Shown here: positions 9,939 through 19,434 of the stretch, piece by piece
Numbering within the stretch: the stretch's first letter is position 1
How the letters are laid out: every line of letters begins with the position of its first letter
Source of the DNA: Spirochaetales bacterium
GTDB lineage: Bacteria > Spirochaetota > Spirochaetia > JABEVK01
Direction: 5' to 3'
Assembly: GCA_037142615.1 (NCBI GenBank)
Contig: JBAXAI010000001.1
Location: forward strand, 256,001 to 320,000
Length of the DNA: 64,000 nt
Notes under the pieces: generated by a model
The model's input: the letters and a program-made list of their open reading frames with translations, nothing else
Told to the model about the DNA's origin: nothing
Databases searched by the model: none
Program-made: the position numbers and the translations under genes

Positions 9939-10946
9939 TCAGTTGGCATTGAGTTTGGCGTAATTGCTGACCCCTTCGGTTCTGGTCTCAACCAGCCCTC
10001 GGAGGTCCGCTGCCTGCAGGAACTTTTTGAATTGCGAGTAACCCAGAGTCTTGAGGTCGATCTTGCGCTCCCGCATGCGGGAACTGATCAGGCTGTACTC
10101 ATGAAACTGGGCCTCGCGGCCCGAGTCAAGGTCGCCAAGCGACTCCACCAAAGCCTTGAGCGCCTTTTGCAGGTCGCCGCCCTTGTCGCGGACCTCGCGG
10201 TTTTCTTTGGCTTCGGCCAGAAGAATTTCGGGGTTGCCGTCTTTTTCAATCAACTGGATCACTCCGTGGCGCACAGCGGCCGAAATGAAGTCGCCCCATC
10301 GCTTGTAGCCCATGTGTTTTTCGTCAAAGTTGGGGTTCAGCATCTTCATCCGCATCTTCACATTGCCGACATTGACCGGTTTGCCTTCCTTGGCCAGGAT
10401 TCCAACCGCCTCGGTCAAGGCCGAGAACCAGAACTCCGGACCGACCTTCTGCGTGGGTGCCTGGACTGGGCCCGGGGCATCGTCCTCGTCCTCGTCAGCG
10501 GGCAGGATATCCCGATAGTCAATGAAACTGTCGGCGATGGAAAGTAGTTCTTGGCTTGCAGTCTTGATATCGCACACAATATGGGTCATTTTTCCGGCCC
10601 GCCGCAGGGTGAGCAAGAGAGGCCGGAAATCGCTGTCGCCAGTTACCAAAACGTAGGTGTCAATGTGCTCGTAGAGGCGAAGATTCTCGAGCGTGTCACT
10701 GACCAACTGGATGTCAACAGAGTTCTTCTTTTTCCGCTCCGAAGGAACATGGACAAGGTAGAACTGGTACTTCTTCAGTTGGAACGCCAGTTTGGCAAAA
10801 TTGGGGGCGCTCCAGTCAGCGTAAGCCTTGGCAGAAACAACCCGACCCAAGTTCTCGGCGTATTCCTGCAGGGAGTCAATGAAAAGTGAGTTATTCCCCG
10901 GGGGGGTCACGTTCTCCATGTCCCAGATGATGCAGATGTTTGACAT
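9939..10946 (-). CDS. NYN (LabA/DUF88, PIN-like) domain protein with C-terminal OST-HTH/LOTUS domains
   Basis: IWDMEN, KNSVDIQL, VTGDSDF, SFIDY; two LOTUS-like units (FDEKHMGY..W.DF and LGYSQFKKFL). Confidence 0.85.
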   Translation of the reverse strand: MSNICIIWDMENVTPPGNNSLFIDSLQEYAENLGRVVSAKAYADWSAPNFAKLAFQLKKYQFYLVHVPSERKKKNSVDIQLVSDTLENLRLYEHIDTYVLVTGDSDFRPLLLTLRRAGKMTHIVCDIKTASQELLSIADSFIDYRDILPADEDEDDAPGPVQAPTQKVGPEFWFSALTEAVGILAKEGKPVNVGNVKMRMKMLNPNFDEKHMGYKRWGDFISAAVRHGVIQLIEKDGNPEILLAEAKENREVRDKGGDLQKALKALVESLGDLDSGREAQFHEYSLISSRMRERKIDLKTLGYSQFKKFLQAADLRGLVETRTEGVSNYAKLNAN

Positions 10947-10952
10947 ACCACC

Positions 10953-10980
10953 ATTCTACCGTATGCGACCCGGTTGTCAA
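10953..10980 (-). promoter_or_regulatory. sigma70 promoter 6 nt before the NYN gene ATG; probable leaderless start
   Basis: Minus strand TTGACA-16 nt-TAGAAT-ggtggt-ATG. Confidence 0.7.
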
Positions 10981-10993
10981 ATTGGGAAACGCC

Positions 10994-11021
10994 TTGCAAG
11001 TTCAACAATCCTCACTAAACT
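10994..11021 (+). promoter_or_regulatory. sigma70 promoter of the che operon, 7 nt before ATG 11029
   Basis: TTGCAA-16 nt-TAAACT-gtaagag-ATG. Confidence 0.55.
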
Positions 11022-11028
11022 GTAAGAG

Positions 11029-12225
11029 ATGTTGCAGCGCCTGTTCCTCCCCATTCTCGTTGTCCTTTTTACCCTTCAGGTCGTAGGGATTGCACTCGCC
11101 GTGTTCCTATTGCCACCGCTGGCGACCGCCGTTGTCTGCCTGTTGAGTGCTGTCTTGCTGGTAGCCCTGTTCTTCTTCAAGCCCGCAACCTCCGTGCAGC
11201 CAACTCCGACCGCACCGCTTGAACCACCGATCCTTTCGCCCCCGACGGAGTCGGTCGTGGCTGCTCCCGTGGCCGTACTTGATACCGATCCCTTGCAAGA
11301 ACAGCAGGTGTCGCTTGACCTCGCGGGCCGGTTGTCCAATTTGGTGGCGAAGGACACCGAAGAGGCTGTCGTCGCATTGACCGAAAGTCTTTTCTCCTTG
11401 CTGGAATCCAGTCGGCAGGTTTCCCTCCATATCGAGGAATCGCTCGATTCGTTGACGAAAGGCGAAGCGGGACTAGGCAATACGGCCAAAAACCTTGAAA
11501 GCCACTGGCTTTCGTTTCGCAACCTGGGCGAAAACTTCGCCGCCCTGCAGCAGGCGCTTTCGGCGGATATCCAGGTGCTCACCCAGACGGTCAGTGCGAT
11601 CGATGAGTTTTCTGACAACATCTCTGACTTGGCGGATCAGACCAATGTTCTCGCTATCAACGCTTCCATCGAGGCCGCGAGAGTTGGACTCCACGGTAAG
11701 GGGTTCGCGGTGATCGCCAACCAGGTGCAGAGTCTCGCCAAGAGTTCCAAGCAAATCGCTGAGAAAATGGCGACAACAGTCAGTGATGTCGTGCGGACCG
11801 TAGAGGCGTCCTTTGACCGCCAGACTCAGCGTATCCAGGGATCGCAGGCGCTCATTCGACGATCGGAGACTGATCTGCGGACTTGGTCTTCCCTGGTAGA
11901 ACCTCAAGTCCTCAAAGTCGGCCAAATGATCGAGCAAAGCCGATCCGTCGCGTCGCTCGTGACCCAGGAGCTGAATCGCGTGACTGTTTCGTTGCAGTTT
12001 CAGGACCGGATTCGCCAGATTCTTGAGCACCTGAGAATCCTGACCGAAACAGCCGGCAAACAAATCGAAAGTTTCACCGAAGTTTCGCTTTCCGAGGTTC
12101 CGGGCCCGCTTCAGGAGCGTGCCCGGCGCGAGGCGCAGGCCCTGTTTACTGTCGATCAGGAATGGGCCCTGCTGGGTAGCGGTTCCGCCAAAAAAGACGG
12201 ACCGAAAATGGTTGAGTTGTTCTAG
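11029..12225 (+). CDS. Methyl-accepting chemotaxis protein without periplasmic sensor domain
   Basis: Two adjacent TM helices; hairpin LADQTNVLAINASIEAAR.G.HGKGFAVIA; LQFQD motif; ends MVELF. Confidence 0.9.
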   Translation: MLQRLFLPILVVLFTLQVVGIALAVFLLPPLATAVVCLLSAVLLVALFFFKPATSVQPTPTAPLEPPILSPPTESVVAAPVAVLDTDPLQEQQVSLDLAGRLSNLVAKDTEEAVVALTESLFSLLESSRQVSLHIEESLDSLTKGEAGLGNTAKNLESHWLSFRNLGENFAALQQALSADIQVLTQTVSAIDEFSDNISDLADQTNVLAINASIEAARVGLHGKGFAVIANQVQSLAKSSKQIAEKMATTVSDVVRTVEASFDRQTQRIQGSQALIRRSETDLRTWSSLVEPQVLKVGQMIEQSRSVASLVTQELNRVTVSLQFQDRIRQILEHLRILTETAGKQIESFTEVSLSEVPGPLQERARREAQALFTVDQEWALLGSGSAKKDGPKMVELF

Positions 12226-12233
12226 GGGGAAAC

Positions 12234-12599
12234 GTGGCGAAAAAAATCCTCTGTATCGATGATTCATCGACAATTCGAATGCTCGTCAAGAAAACCTTGG
12301 CGGGCTTGGATTACGTTGTACTCGAAGCGGATAATGGTCAGGCCGGGGTCGAAATCGCGGCCCGCGAGCCGATAGATCTCTTTCTCATCGACGTCAACAT
12401 GCCGGTGATGAATGGTTTTGAGTGCGTCGCAGCCCTGAAGGCAACGCCCAAGTACGGCAAGGTACCGATGGTATTTCTTACCACAGAGAGCAGTCAGGAA
12501 AAGAAGGACAAAGGTCGCCAGCTTGGGGTGGCGGGGTGGATTGTGAAACCTTTTGAGCCCGAAGCCCTTGTGAAAATTCTTCGGATGCTGGCTCCGTGA
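12234..12599 (+). CDS. cheY: CheY-like response regulator
   Basis: IDDS, DVNMP, LTTES, KPF; lies between MCP and cheA. Confidence 0.9.
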   Translation: MAKKILCIDDSSTIRMLVKKTLAGLDYVVLEADNGQAGVEIAAREPIDLFLIDVNMPVMNGFECVAALKATPKYGKVPMVFLTTESSQEKKDKGRQLGVAGWIVKPFEPEALVKILRMLAP

Positions 12600-14959
12600 A
12601 GAAACCCTCCGCCGCGACAGCAGCGCTTTTGCGAAGGTTACGAGCTTTTCGTCCGGGTGACTTGTTGGAATCTGCGGAACTGACCGAGGCGCTCGAAGCC
12701 CTCATTGTAGCTGACGAGACAAGTTTTGATGACTCCGCGATGCTCAGCAAGCTTCTCGAGGACTTCACGGTCGTAGTCCGCAGCGAGGCGGGTGTCGAAG
12801 CTGATGCCAGGTGGGAGGCGTTGCTGCAGACGTTGCCAGCAAAGAAATCCACCGGAAGGGGAGCCCCCAAGAGCACAAAGTCTGCTGAGCCGACTGCCCG
12901 GACCCTGGCGGGCTCGGATGGTCTTTGGGTTGACCTTGAGGTATTGGGTTCGTTCCTTAGCGAGGCCAGGGAGCACCTTGAGGAAATCGAACCGCGGATC
13001 CTGAGCCTCGAATCACAGTTTTCCCCACAGACCGTCAACGAGGTCTTCCGCGCTGTCCACACCATCAAGGGGGTCTCTGGCTTCCTTGATTTGGATCAAA
13101 TCAAGTCGCTCAGCCACGAACTCGAGTTCATTCTCGACGGGCTTCGCAGCGGTAAACTTGGGATCAGCTCGGCGGTGGTGGATCTCTTGCTTCAAGGATG
13201 CGATCAGTTGCAAAAGATGGTTCACGATGTCGGGGCTCAGGCAGACTCCATGAAGAAGGAAGCGGGTTTGGGCCTGTTGAAGCCGACCCCCTTTGACCTG
13301 GCTCCCTTGATGCAGCAGTTCCAGCGGATCCAAAACACGGCTCCAACCGGCTCCCCCGAAATCAGCGAACTGCTGCAGAACCCTGAACTCATCGCGAAGT
13401 TCGGTCAGGAAGCCGTCGATACACTCGAAACCGTCGAACAATGCATCTTGACGATGGAAAAAACCCGGAAAACCGGCGACTACCTTAACGAGGCGTTTCG
13501 TTCCATTCACACGCTCAAGGGAAATGCCGGTTTTTTTGGGTTTGCCCAGCTTGAGAGCCTTTGTATGGAGATGGAAAGTGATCTGGATTCGCTGCGCAAA
13601 GGTCAAACCCAGATCGGTGAGGATAGCATCCAGAGCCTTCTGCACTACCTTGACCGTCTACGTGGGTTGGTCCAGACCTCAACCGTGCCCAAGCCCGCTG
13701 TCCGGGAAGTTCGCGTAGAAGTCGCGGTTGTGCCCGAAGCTTTGGCCGAGCCGCCAAAGGCCGAAACCGAGACAGCGAAATACAGCGTCAAGAAGAAGGA
13801 TATCCGGGTCGACACCGAGAAACTCGACTCTCTGTTTGACCTCATTGGTGAATTGATCACGGCCGAGGCCATGGTGATCGACAGTCCCGATCTCAAAGGG
13901 CTCGACCTCGAGGGCTTCAGCAAGTCGGCGGCCTACCTGTCGAAGATCACGCGCGAGTTGCAGAACATCACGATGTCGATCCGCATGATTCCTCTCGAGG
14001 GGCTGTTCAGCAAGATGAACCGTTTGGTGCGGGATTTGGGACGCAAGTTCAACAAAGAGATAGAATTGGACATCAGCGGTGCCGAGACCGAGATGGACCG
14101 AAACATCATTGAAGAGATTTCAGACCCGCTGGTTCACATTATCCGGAACGCCGTTGACCACGGCATTGAAGACACCCCTATCCGCAAGGCCAAGGGAAAA
14201 AACCTCAACGGAAAGATCAGCTTGAACGCCCGCTACGAAGGCAATGAAATCTGGATCACCGTGTCGGACGATGGTGCCGGACTCAACCGCGAGCGGATCC
14301 TCGAAGTCGCGATTGAGAGGGGCTTGCTCACCAACGGTGATGAACTGACCGACGGCGAGGTCTGGAAGCTGGTTTTCGAGCCCGGTTTCTCTACCGCCAA
14401 GGAAGTTTCTGAAATTTCGGGCCGCGGTGTCGGCATGGATGTCGTCAAAAAGAATCTTGAGAAACTTCGCGGCCAAATTGACATTCAGACGGTGACAGAC
14501 AAAGGAACCGATTTTGTCCTGAAGATTCCGTTAACCTTGGCGATCATCGACGGGGTCACGTTGCGTTGTGGCAGCATGCTGTATTCCTTGCCGATTGGTG
14601 ACGTGGTTGAGTTTCAAAACTTTGACCCCGAGAAACTGACCAGCACCGACCCTCACCACAGCGTCATGAGGCTAAGAGGCGAAATCCTCCCTGTGATGGC
14701 TTTGTCGGACTTTTTCCAGAGCAGCAGCCAAAGTACCCAACTGGCTTCCGAAAAGCAGGTATCCATCATCCTGAAGAGCCAAAACCGCAAGATGGCCGTC
14801 ATTGTTGACGAGATTGTCGGCTACAAACAGATCGTGCTCAAAGCTCTTCCTGAGTTTATGGCCCATCTGAAGGGCGTCTCGGGCTGTACGATCATGGGAA
14901 ACGGCGAGGTGAGCCTCATTATTGACGTGAACGCACTGTTTCAAAGGTATCTCGATTGA
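12596..14959 (+). CDS. cheA: Chemotaxis histidine kinase with two Hpt domains
   Basis: FRAVHTIKG and FRSIHTLKG; IRVD.EKLD, HIIRNAVDHG, DDGAG, GRGVGMDVV; C-terminal CheW-like domain. Confidence 0.95.
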   Translation: MKKPSAATAALLRRLRAFRPGDLLESAELTEALEALIVADETSFDDSAMLSKLLEDFTVVVRSEAGVEADARWEALLQTLPAKKSTGRGAPKSTKSAEPTARTLAGSDGLWVDLEVLGSFLSEAREHLEEIEPRILSLESQFSPQTVNEVFRAVHTIKGVSGFLDLDQIKSLSHELEFILDGLRSGKLGISSAVVDLLLQGCDQLQKMVHDVGAQADSMKKEAGLGLLKPTPFDLAPLMQQFQRIQNTAPTGSPEISELLQNPELIAKFGQEAVDTLETVEQCILTMEKTRKTGDYLNEAFRSIHTLKGNAGFFGFAQLESLCMEMESDLDSLRKGQTQIGEDSIQSLLHYLDRLRGLVQTSTVPKPAVREVRVEVAVVPEALAEPPKAETETAKYSVKKKDIRVDTEKLDSLFDLIGELITAEAMVIDSPDLKGLDLEGFSKSAAYLSKITRELQNITMSIRMIPLEGLFSKMNRLVRDLGRKFNKEIELDISGAETEMDRNIIEEISDPLVHIIRNAVDHGIEDTPIRKAKGKNLNGKISLNARYEGNEIWITVSDDGAGLNRERILEVAIERGLLTNGDELTDGEVWKLVFEPGFSTAKEVSEISGRGVGMDVVKKNLEKLRGQIDIQTVTDKGTDFVLKIPLTLAIIDGVTLRCGSMLYSLPIGDVVEFQNFDPEKLTSTDPHHSVMRLRGEILPVMALSDFFQSSSQSTQLASEKQVSIILKSQNRKMAVIVDEIVGYKQIVLKALPEFMAHLKGVSGCTIMGNGEVSLIIDVNALFQRYLD

Positions 14960-15825
14960 GCAGCGTCGAGGAACTTCCTGAGGGTACGATTCTCGTCGAT
15001 ATTTCTGACTCGGAGTTCCAGTCTCTTTCTGCACTCGTCTATCAGCAGTTCGGCATCAACCTGACCGACAAGAAGAAAGCCTTGGTTCGCGGACGCCTCA
15101 ATCGGGTGCTCCGGAACCGCAACCTGAAGACTTTTCGTGAGTACCTCGACCTCGTTCAGCACGACCCCACCGGACTGAGCCTCATCGAGCTCATTGACCG
15201 GATCTCGACCAACCACACGTTCTTCTTCCGCGAGGCTGACCATTTTACTTTCCTCATCGAAGAAGTGCTTCCCGGTCTTCTGCAGCAGGTTGCCAGGGAA
15301 TCAGCAACCAAGGAGATCCGTCTCTGGTGCGCTGGGTGCGCTACAGGCGAGGAGGCCTACACGTTGGCAATGCTTTGCCATGACTTTGCCCAGTCCCACG
15401 GTTTCGCCGGCACGATCAAGCTGCTGGCCACTGACATTTCGGTGACGGCCCTGGAAGCTGCCTCGAAGGGACAGTACAACGACGAACGCATTCGTCTGAT
15501 ACCAGAAACCCTGAAGAAGAAATATCTCACCAAGCTCAGTGAAGATCTTTGGGCCATCAATCCGGTCCTGAAGTCGATGGTCTTGTTCAAGCGTCTGAAC
15601 TTCATGGATCAGAGTTTTCCCTTCAAGAACCGTTTCCACGTGATCTTCTGCCGAAACGTGATGATCTACTTTGACCGTCCAACGAAGAATGACCTGGTAT
15701 CGCGGTTGAGTAGTTGTTTGTACCCCGGACACTACTTTTTCATCGGGCATTCGGAAACTCTGGGGCGTGACTCGTTTGATCTGGACTATGTGAAGCCATC
15801 TGTCTACAAGAAGCGCGTACCGTGA
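14956..15825 (+). CDS. cheR: Chemotaxis protein methyltransferase
   Basis: TN.T.FFRE, WCAGCATGEEAY, FCRNVMIYFD, GHSE. Confidence 0.96.
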   Translation: MSSVEELPEGTILVDISDSEFQSLSALVYQQFGINLTDKKKALVRGRLNRVLRNRNLKTFREYLDLVQHDPTGLSLIELIDRISTNHTFFFREADHFTFLIEEVLPGLLQQVARESATKEIRLWCAGCATGEEAYTLAMLCHDFAQSHGFAGTIKLLATDISVTALEAASKGQYNDERIRLIPETLKKKYLTKLSEDLWAINPVLKSMVLFKRLNFMDQSFPFKNRFHVIFCRNVMIYFDRPTKNDLVSRLSSCLYPGHYFFIGHSETLGRDSFDLDYVKPSVYKKRVP

Positions 15826-16874
15826 AGCGGATCAAAGTCCTCATCGTGGATGATTCGGCCGTTGTCCGTGAGATTCTGTCAAACGGCCTTTCCCGCTACC
15901 CGGAAATTGAGGTCGTTGGAACGGCTGGCGATGTGTTTCGCGCCCGCGAGGTTATTCTGTCCAAGTCTCCCGATGTCTTGACGCTCGACATTGAGATGCC
16001 TCGCATGGACGGCTTGATGTTCTTGAAGAAACTCATGCCCCAGTACCCTATCCCCGTGATCATGCTGTCCGCGCTCGCTGGCCCCGGAGCAGCGGCCTCG
16101 TTGGAAGCCCTCAAGTACGGCGCCGTAGAAGTGGTCACGAAGCCGGCTGCCAACTTGCGTCAGGAACTTGGTGTGATGCTCGACGACCTGGCCGAGAAGA
16201 TAAAGGCTGCGGCGCTGGTCGATGTGAGCAAGTGGAAAAGTGACAGTTGGAAAGATCCAGTCGCCCGGATTCGAGCCGGATCGTTGGCGAGGTCGACTGA
16301 TAAAGTGGTTGTCATTGGTGCGTCGACCGGTGGAACGGTAGCCCTGCACACTGTGATCACCGCGTTTCCGCCCGACATGGCAGGAACCGTGATTGTGCAG
16401 CATATGCCACCTGTGTTCACGCGCCTGTTTGCCGAAAAACTCGACTCCGAGTCTCAGGTTCAGGTCAAAGAGGCCGTCAACGGGGATCGGATCATTCAGG
16501 GGCGGGTCCTGATTGCTCCTGGAGGGTTCCAAACTACGGTCTTCCGGTCTGGAGGAGAATATCTGGTGCGGGTTGCCGAGGGAGACAAGGTCAACGGACA
16601 CGCACCTTCGGTGGATGTTCTTTTCGATTCGGTTGCCGAAACCGTGGGGGCCAATGCCGTGGGCGTTGTGCTGACGGGAATGGGTCGCGACGGCGCGCAG
16701 GGCCTTCTCAACATGAAGAAAGCCGGTGCCCGCACGTTAAGCCAGGACGAAAAGACTTCGCTCATCTACGGAATGCCCAAAGAAGCTTGGGAATACGGCG
16801 GTTCCGAGTTGCAGGTGCCAATTCAGAACGTCCCGGCTGAAATTATTCGTTCGCTCAAGAGAATGCAAGGATGA
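15822..16874 (+). CDS. cheB: Chemotaxis methylesterase response regulator
   Basis: REC domain plus GASTGG, QHMP, PSVDVLF, LTGMGRDGA. Confidence 0.97.
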   Translation: MKRIKVLIVDDSAVVREILSNGLSRYPEIEVVGTAGDVFRAREVILSKSPDVLTLDIEMPRMDGLMFLKKLMPQYPIPVIMLSALAGPGAAASLEALKYGAVEVVTKPAANLRQELGVMLDDLAEKIKAAALVDVSKWKSDSWKDPVARIRAGSLARSTDKVVVIGASTGGTVALHTVITAFPPDMAGTVIVQHMPPVFTRLFAEKLDSESQVQVKEAVNGDRIIQGRVLIAPGGFQTTVFRSGGEYLVRVAEGDKVNGHAPSVDVLFDSVAETVGANAVGVVLTGMGRDGAQGLLNMKKAGARTLSQDEKTSLIYGMPKEAWEYGGSELQVPIQNVPAEIIRSLKRMQG

Positions 16875-17347
16875 CCAGGATCGACGTCGGAATAGGGGAC
16901 TTGAGCGTCACTGGCGGAGACAAAGAGATCAAGACCTACGCTCTGGGGTCATGCGTGGCGCTGGTGGTTTGGGACAGCAGCCTCAAGGCCGGCGGGATGG
17001 TTCATATCGCTTTGCCGGAAAGCCAGATCAACCCAGAAAAGGCCCGCGACAAACCGGGCTACTTTGCCGATACCGGACTCCCGCTTCTGTTTTCTGAATT
17101 GAAGAAGCTGGGAGCCAACCGCAAGACCTGCTGGGTCAAGATGATTGGTGGCTCGAGCATTCTCGATGAAAACAACACCTTTGATATTGGGCGGAGAAAC
17201 GCGCTGGCCGTGAAAAAGTTCCTTTGGAAGATCGGTCTGGCTCTGACAGCCGAGGACTGCGGCGGCAATATTTCCAGAACAGTGTCTTTGGCAGTGCCGA
17301 CTGGTGAACTTGTCATAGCCAACGGCAACTCTCGATGGAGCATCTAG
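16871..17347 (+). CDS. cheD: Chemoreceptor glutamine deamidase
   Basis: LGSCVA, GGMVH..LP, FADTG, IGRRN, EDCGG..SR. Confidence 0.93.
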   Translation: MTRIDVGIGDLSVTGGDKEIKTYALGSCVALVVWDSSLKAGGMVHIALPESQINPEKARDKPGYFADTGLPLLFSELKKLGANRKTCWVKMIGGSSILDENNTFDIGRRNALAVKKFLWKIGLALTAEDCGGNISRTVSLAVPTGELVIANGNSRWSI

Positions 17348-17355
17348 GAGGCATC

Positions 17356-17751
17356 ATGTATGACAACATTCTGATTGTTGATGATTCGGAAACTTCCCGC
17401 ATGATCATCAAGAAATGCCTTTTGATGTCCGGTCACGAAGCGGCTTCCTACTGGGAGGCCGAGGATGGCATTAAGGCCATGTCTATCCTTGGTTCTCACC
17501 CCGTTGATCTGGTCGTGACAGATCTCAACATGCCCAGGATGGACGGGCTGACCTTGGTTCGTAAGCTACGCAAAGGAGACGCGACCCGTGAACTCAAGGT
17601 TGTTGTTATTTCCAGCATGGGGAACCAACAGATTGATAGCGAACTGCAGAATCTGGGGGTCTTTTCGATCATCCGCAAGCCCGTGACTCCCGCCAAGATC
17701 CTTCAGGCTGTCGGGGCCGAGACGGGCTCGGCAGAAGGGGGAGAGTTTTGA
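17356..17751 (+). CDS. CheY-like single-domain response regulator
   Basis: ILIVDDS, TDLNMP, KP; SD AGGAGG before ATG 17356. Confidence 0.9.
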   Translation: MYDNILIVDDSETSRMIIKKCLLMSGHEAASYWEAEDGIKAMSILGSHPVDLVVTDLNMPRMDGLTLVRKLRKGDATRELKVVVISSMGNQQIDSELQNLGVFSIIRKPVTPAKILQAVGAETGSAEGGEF

Positions 17752-18194
17752 TCATGACGGAAGACTCGGTTCTCAGTGTCGTTCGCGCGACTTTCGAGGA
17801 AATGACCTTTCTGGACGTCGGGCCAGCCGGACCTAACCCTGCCAAGGTAGAGTCCGGCCCGATCTTGTTCCTGCCGTATTCCCACCCACGCGTTGGCAGC
17901 CTTTCCCTCAGCATGCCCAAGGAAATCAAGTTTCTATCCTCCGAGAATATCTACGGTGAGTCTTGGAAGGAACTCTCGTCGGAACAGATCGACGACAGCC
18001 TGCTGGAATTGCTGAACGTTCTGGTCGGGCGGTTGCTCACTTTGCACTTCGGTGAGCAGTCTGGCTATGTGATGGGCCTTCCCACGGTACTGTTTGACGA
18101 GCCGATTGCTGATCACGGCGCTGAAACCCAAGATTTCGTTTTTCAGATCGACGCTTATCAATTCCACCTCACGTGGAGCGAGGTGGTACCATGA
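17748..18194 (+). CDS. cheX: CheX/CheC-like phosphatase
   Basis: DSLLELLN..(x)..LP matches the CheC-family E-x2-N motif; operon context. Confidence 0.65.
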   Translation: MIMTEDSVLSVVRATFEEMTFLDVGPAGPNPAKVESGPILFLPYSHPRVGSLSLSMPKEIKFLSSENIYGESWKELSSEQIDDSLLELLNVLVGRLLTLHFGEQSGYVMGLPTVLFDEPIADHGAETQDFVFQIDAYQFHLTWSEVVP

Positions 18195-18598
18195 AGATCC
18201 TGATTGTCGAGGACGAACTTGCGGGACAGAAGCTGCTTCAGTTGTTTCTCAAGGGTCTCGGGGAAATCGAGGTGACTGGTGACGGGGAATCAGCCCTCGC
18301 CAGGTTTCAGAAAACGCTCGAAGCCAAGGAGCCATTTGACCTGGTGCTTCTCGACATCATGCTCCCCCAACTCAGCGGGCTTCAGGTTTTGGCGGGTATT
18401 CGAAGTTTGGAAAGTTCGAAAGGAATCGGTGGACTCGATTGCGTAAAAGTCATTATGTTGACTGCGTTGCATGATTCCGAGAACATCATGAAGTCGTTCC
18501 GGCTCCAAGCCGAGGCCTATATTTCGAAACCTATCGACAAGGAAAAATTGCTTCAGGAGATCCGCAAGCTGGGCTTCTCCTTGAAATCCACACCATGA
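18191..18598 (+). CDS. Single-domain response regulator
   Basis: ILIVEDE, LLDIMLP, KP. Confidence 0.9.
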   Translation: MKILIVEDELAGQKLLQLFLKGLGEIEVTGDGESALARFQKTLEAKEPFDLVLLDIMLPQLSGLQVLAGIRSLESSKGIGGLDCVKVIMLTALHDSENIMKSFRLQAEAYISKPIDKEKLLQEIRKLGFSLKSTP

Positions 18599-19434
18599 AC
18601 CAGGAACAGACGAAAGACCTCCTTCTCCAGATCGAACCAACTGCCCCCGAGTTCTTCCTGCTGTTTACAGGCAAGGCGAGCAAAAAGGTGAACGGACTCT
18701 ATAAGCCGGAAACCCGTGAAATACTGCTCCACAACCGAAACTTTCAATCCGACGAGGAACTGGTCTATACGGCGGTCCACGAGTTTGCCCACCACCTGCA
18801 TTTCTGCTCAGAGCAGCGACCGACGACCATCCGCTCGCACACCGCCGCGTACTGGAGCCTTTTTCACCGCCTGCTGGGGCGAGCAGAGCAGCTTGGTGTT
18901 TACCGAAACGTCTTCCGGGCAGAGCCGGAGTTCCTCGAACTCACCGCGACGATCGAAAAGAAGTTCCTCCACAACAACGGGCAGACGATGAAGGACTTTG
19001 GGCAGGCACTCTTGCAGGCCGTGCAGCTGTGCACCAAGTATCATGTCCGTTTTGAGGACTACATGGACCGTGTCCTCTGTATTCCGAGAAACACCGCCAA
19101 GACGGTCATGGCATCGTTCGCGCAGGATGTGACGCCCGACTTCGGGTACGACCACCTCAAGCTGATGACGACCGTCAAAGACCCGGAGATTCGGCGTGAA
19201 ATGGAAATCAAGCGCAAGGAAGGCTATAGCCCCGAAATGCTCCGTCAGGAACTGCGGGGTGACCCGGTACCCGGACCGTTCATTTCGGGTCCGCTCGATC
19301 GTGAGTCGCTCGAGCGCGATGTTCTGGAACGCAACCGGGAGGCTCTGCAGAAGAAGATCGCAGAGTACAGTCGAAAACTAACCGAAATTGAGTCCAAGCT
19401 CGAACGGCTAGGGCTAGAAGGTCCCGACGAGTGA
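18595..19434 (+). CDS. Conserved hypothetical protein with HExxH (SprT/zincin-like) motif and C-terminal coiled coil
   Basis: VNGLY, TAVHEFAHH, downstream SH..YW. Confidence 0.6.
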   Translation: MNQEQTKDLLLQIEPTAPEFFLLFTGKASKKVNGLYKPETREILLHNRNFQSDEELVYTAVHEFAHHLHFCSEQRPTTIRSHTAAYWSLFHRLLGRAEQLGVYRNVFRAEPEFLELTATIEKKFLHNNGQTMKDFGQALLQAVQLCTKYHVRFEDYMDRVLCIPRNTAKTVMASFAQDVTPDFGYDHLKLMTTVKDPEIRREMEIKRKEGYSPEMLRQELRGDPVPGPFISGPLDRESLERDVLERNREALQKKIAEYSRKLTEIESKLERLGLEGPDE

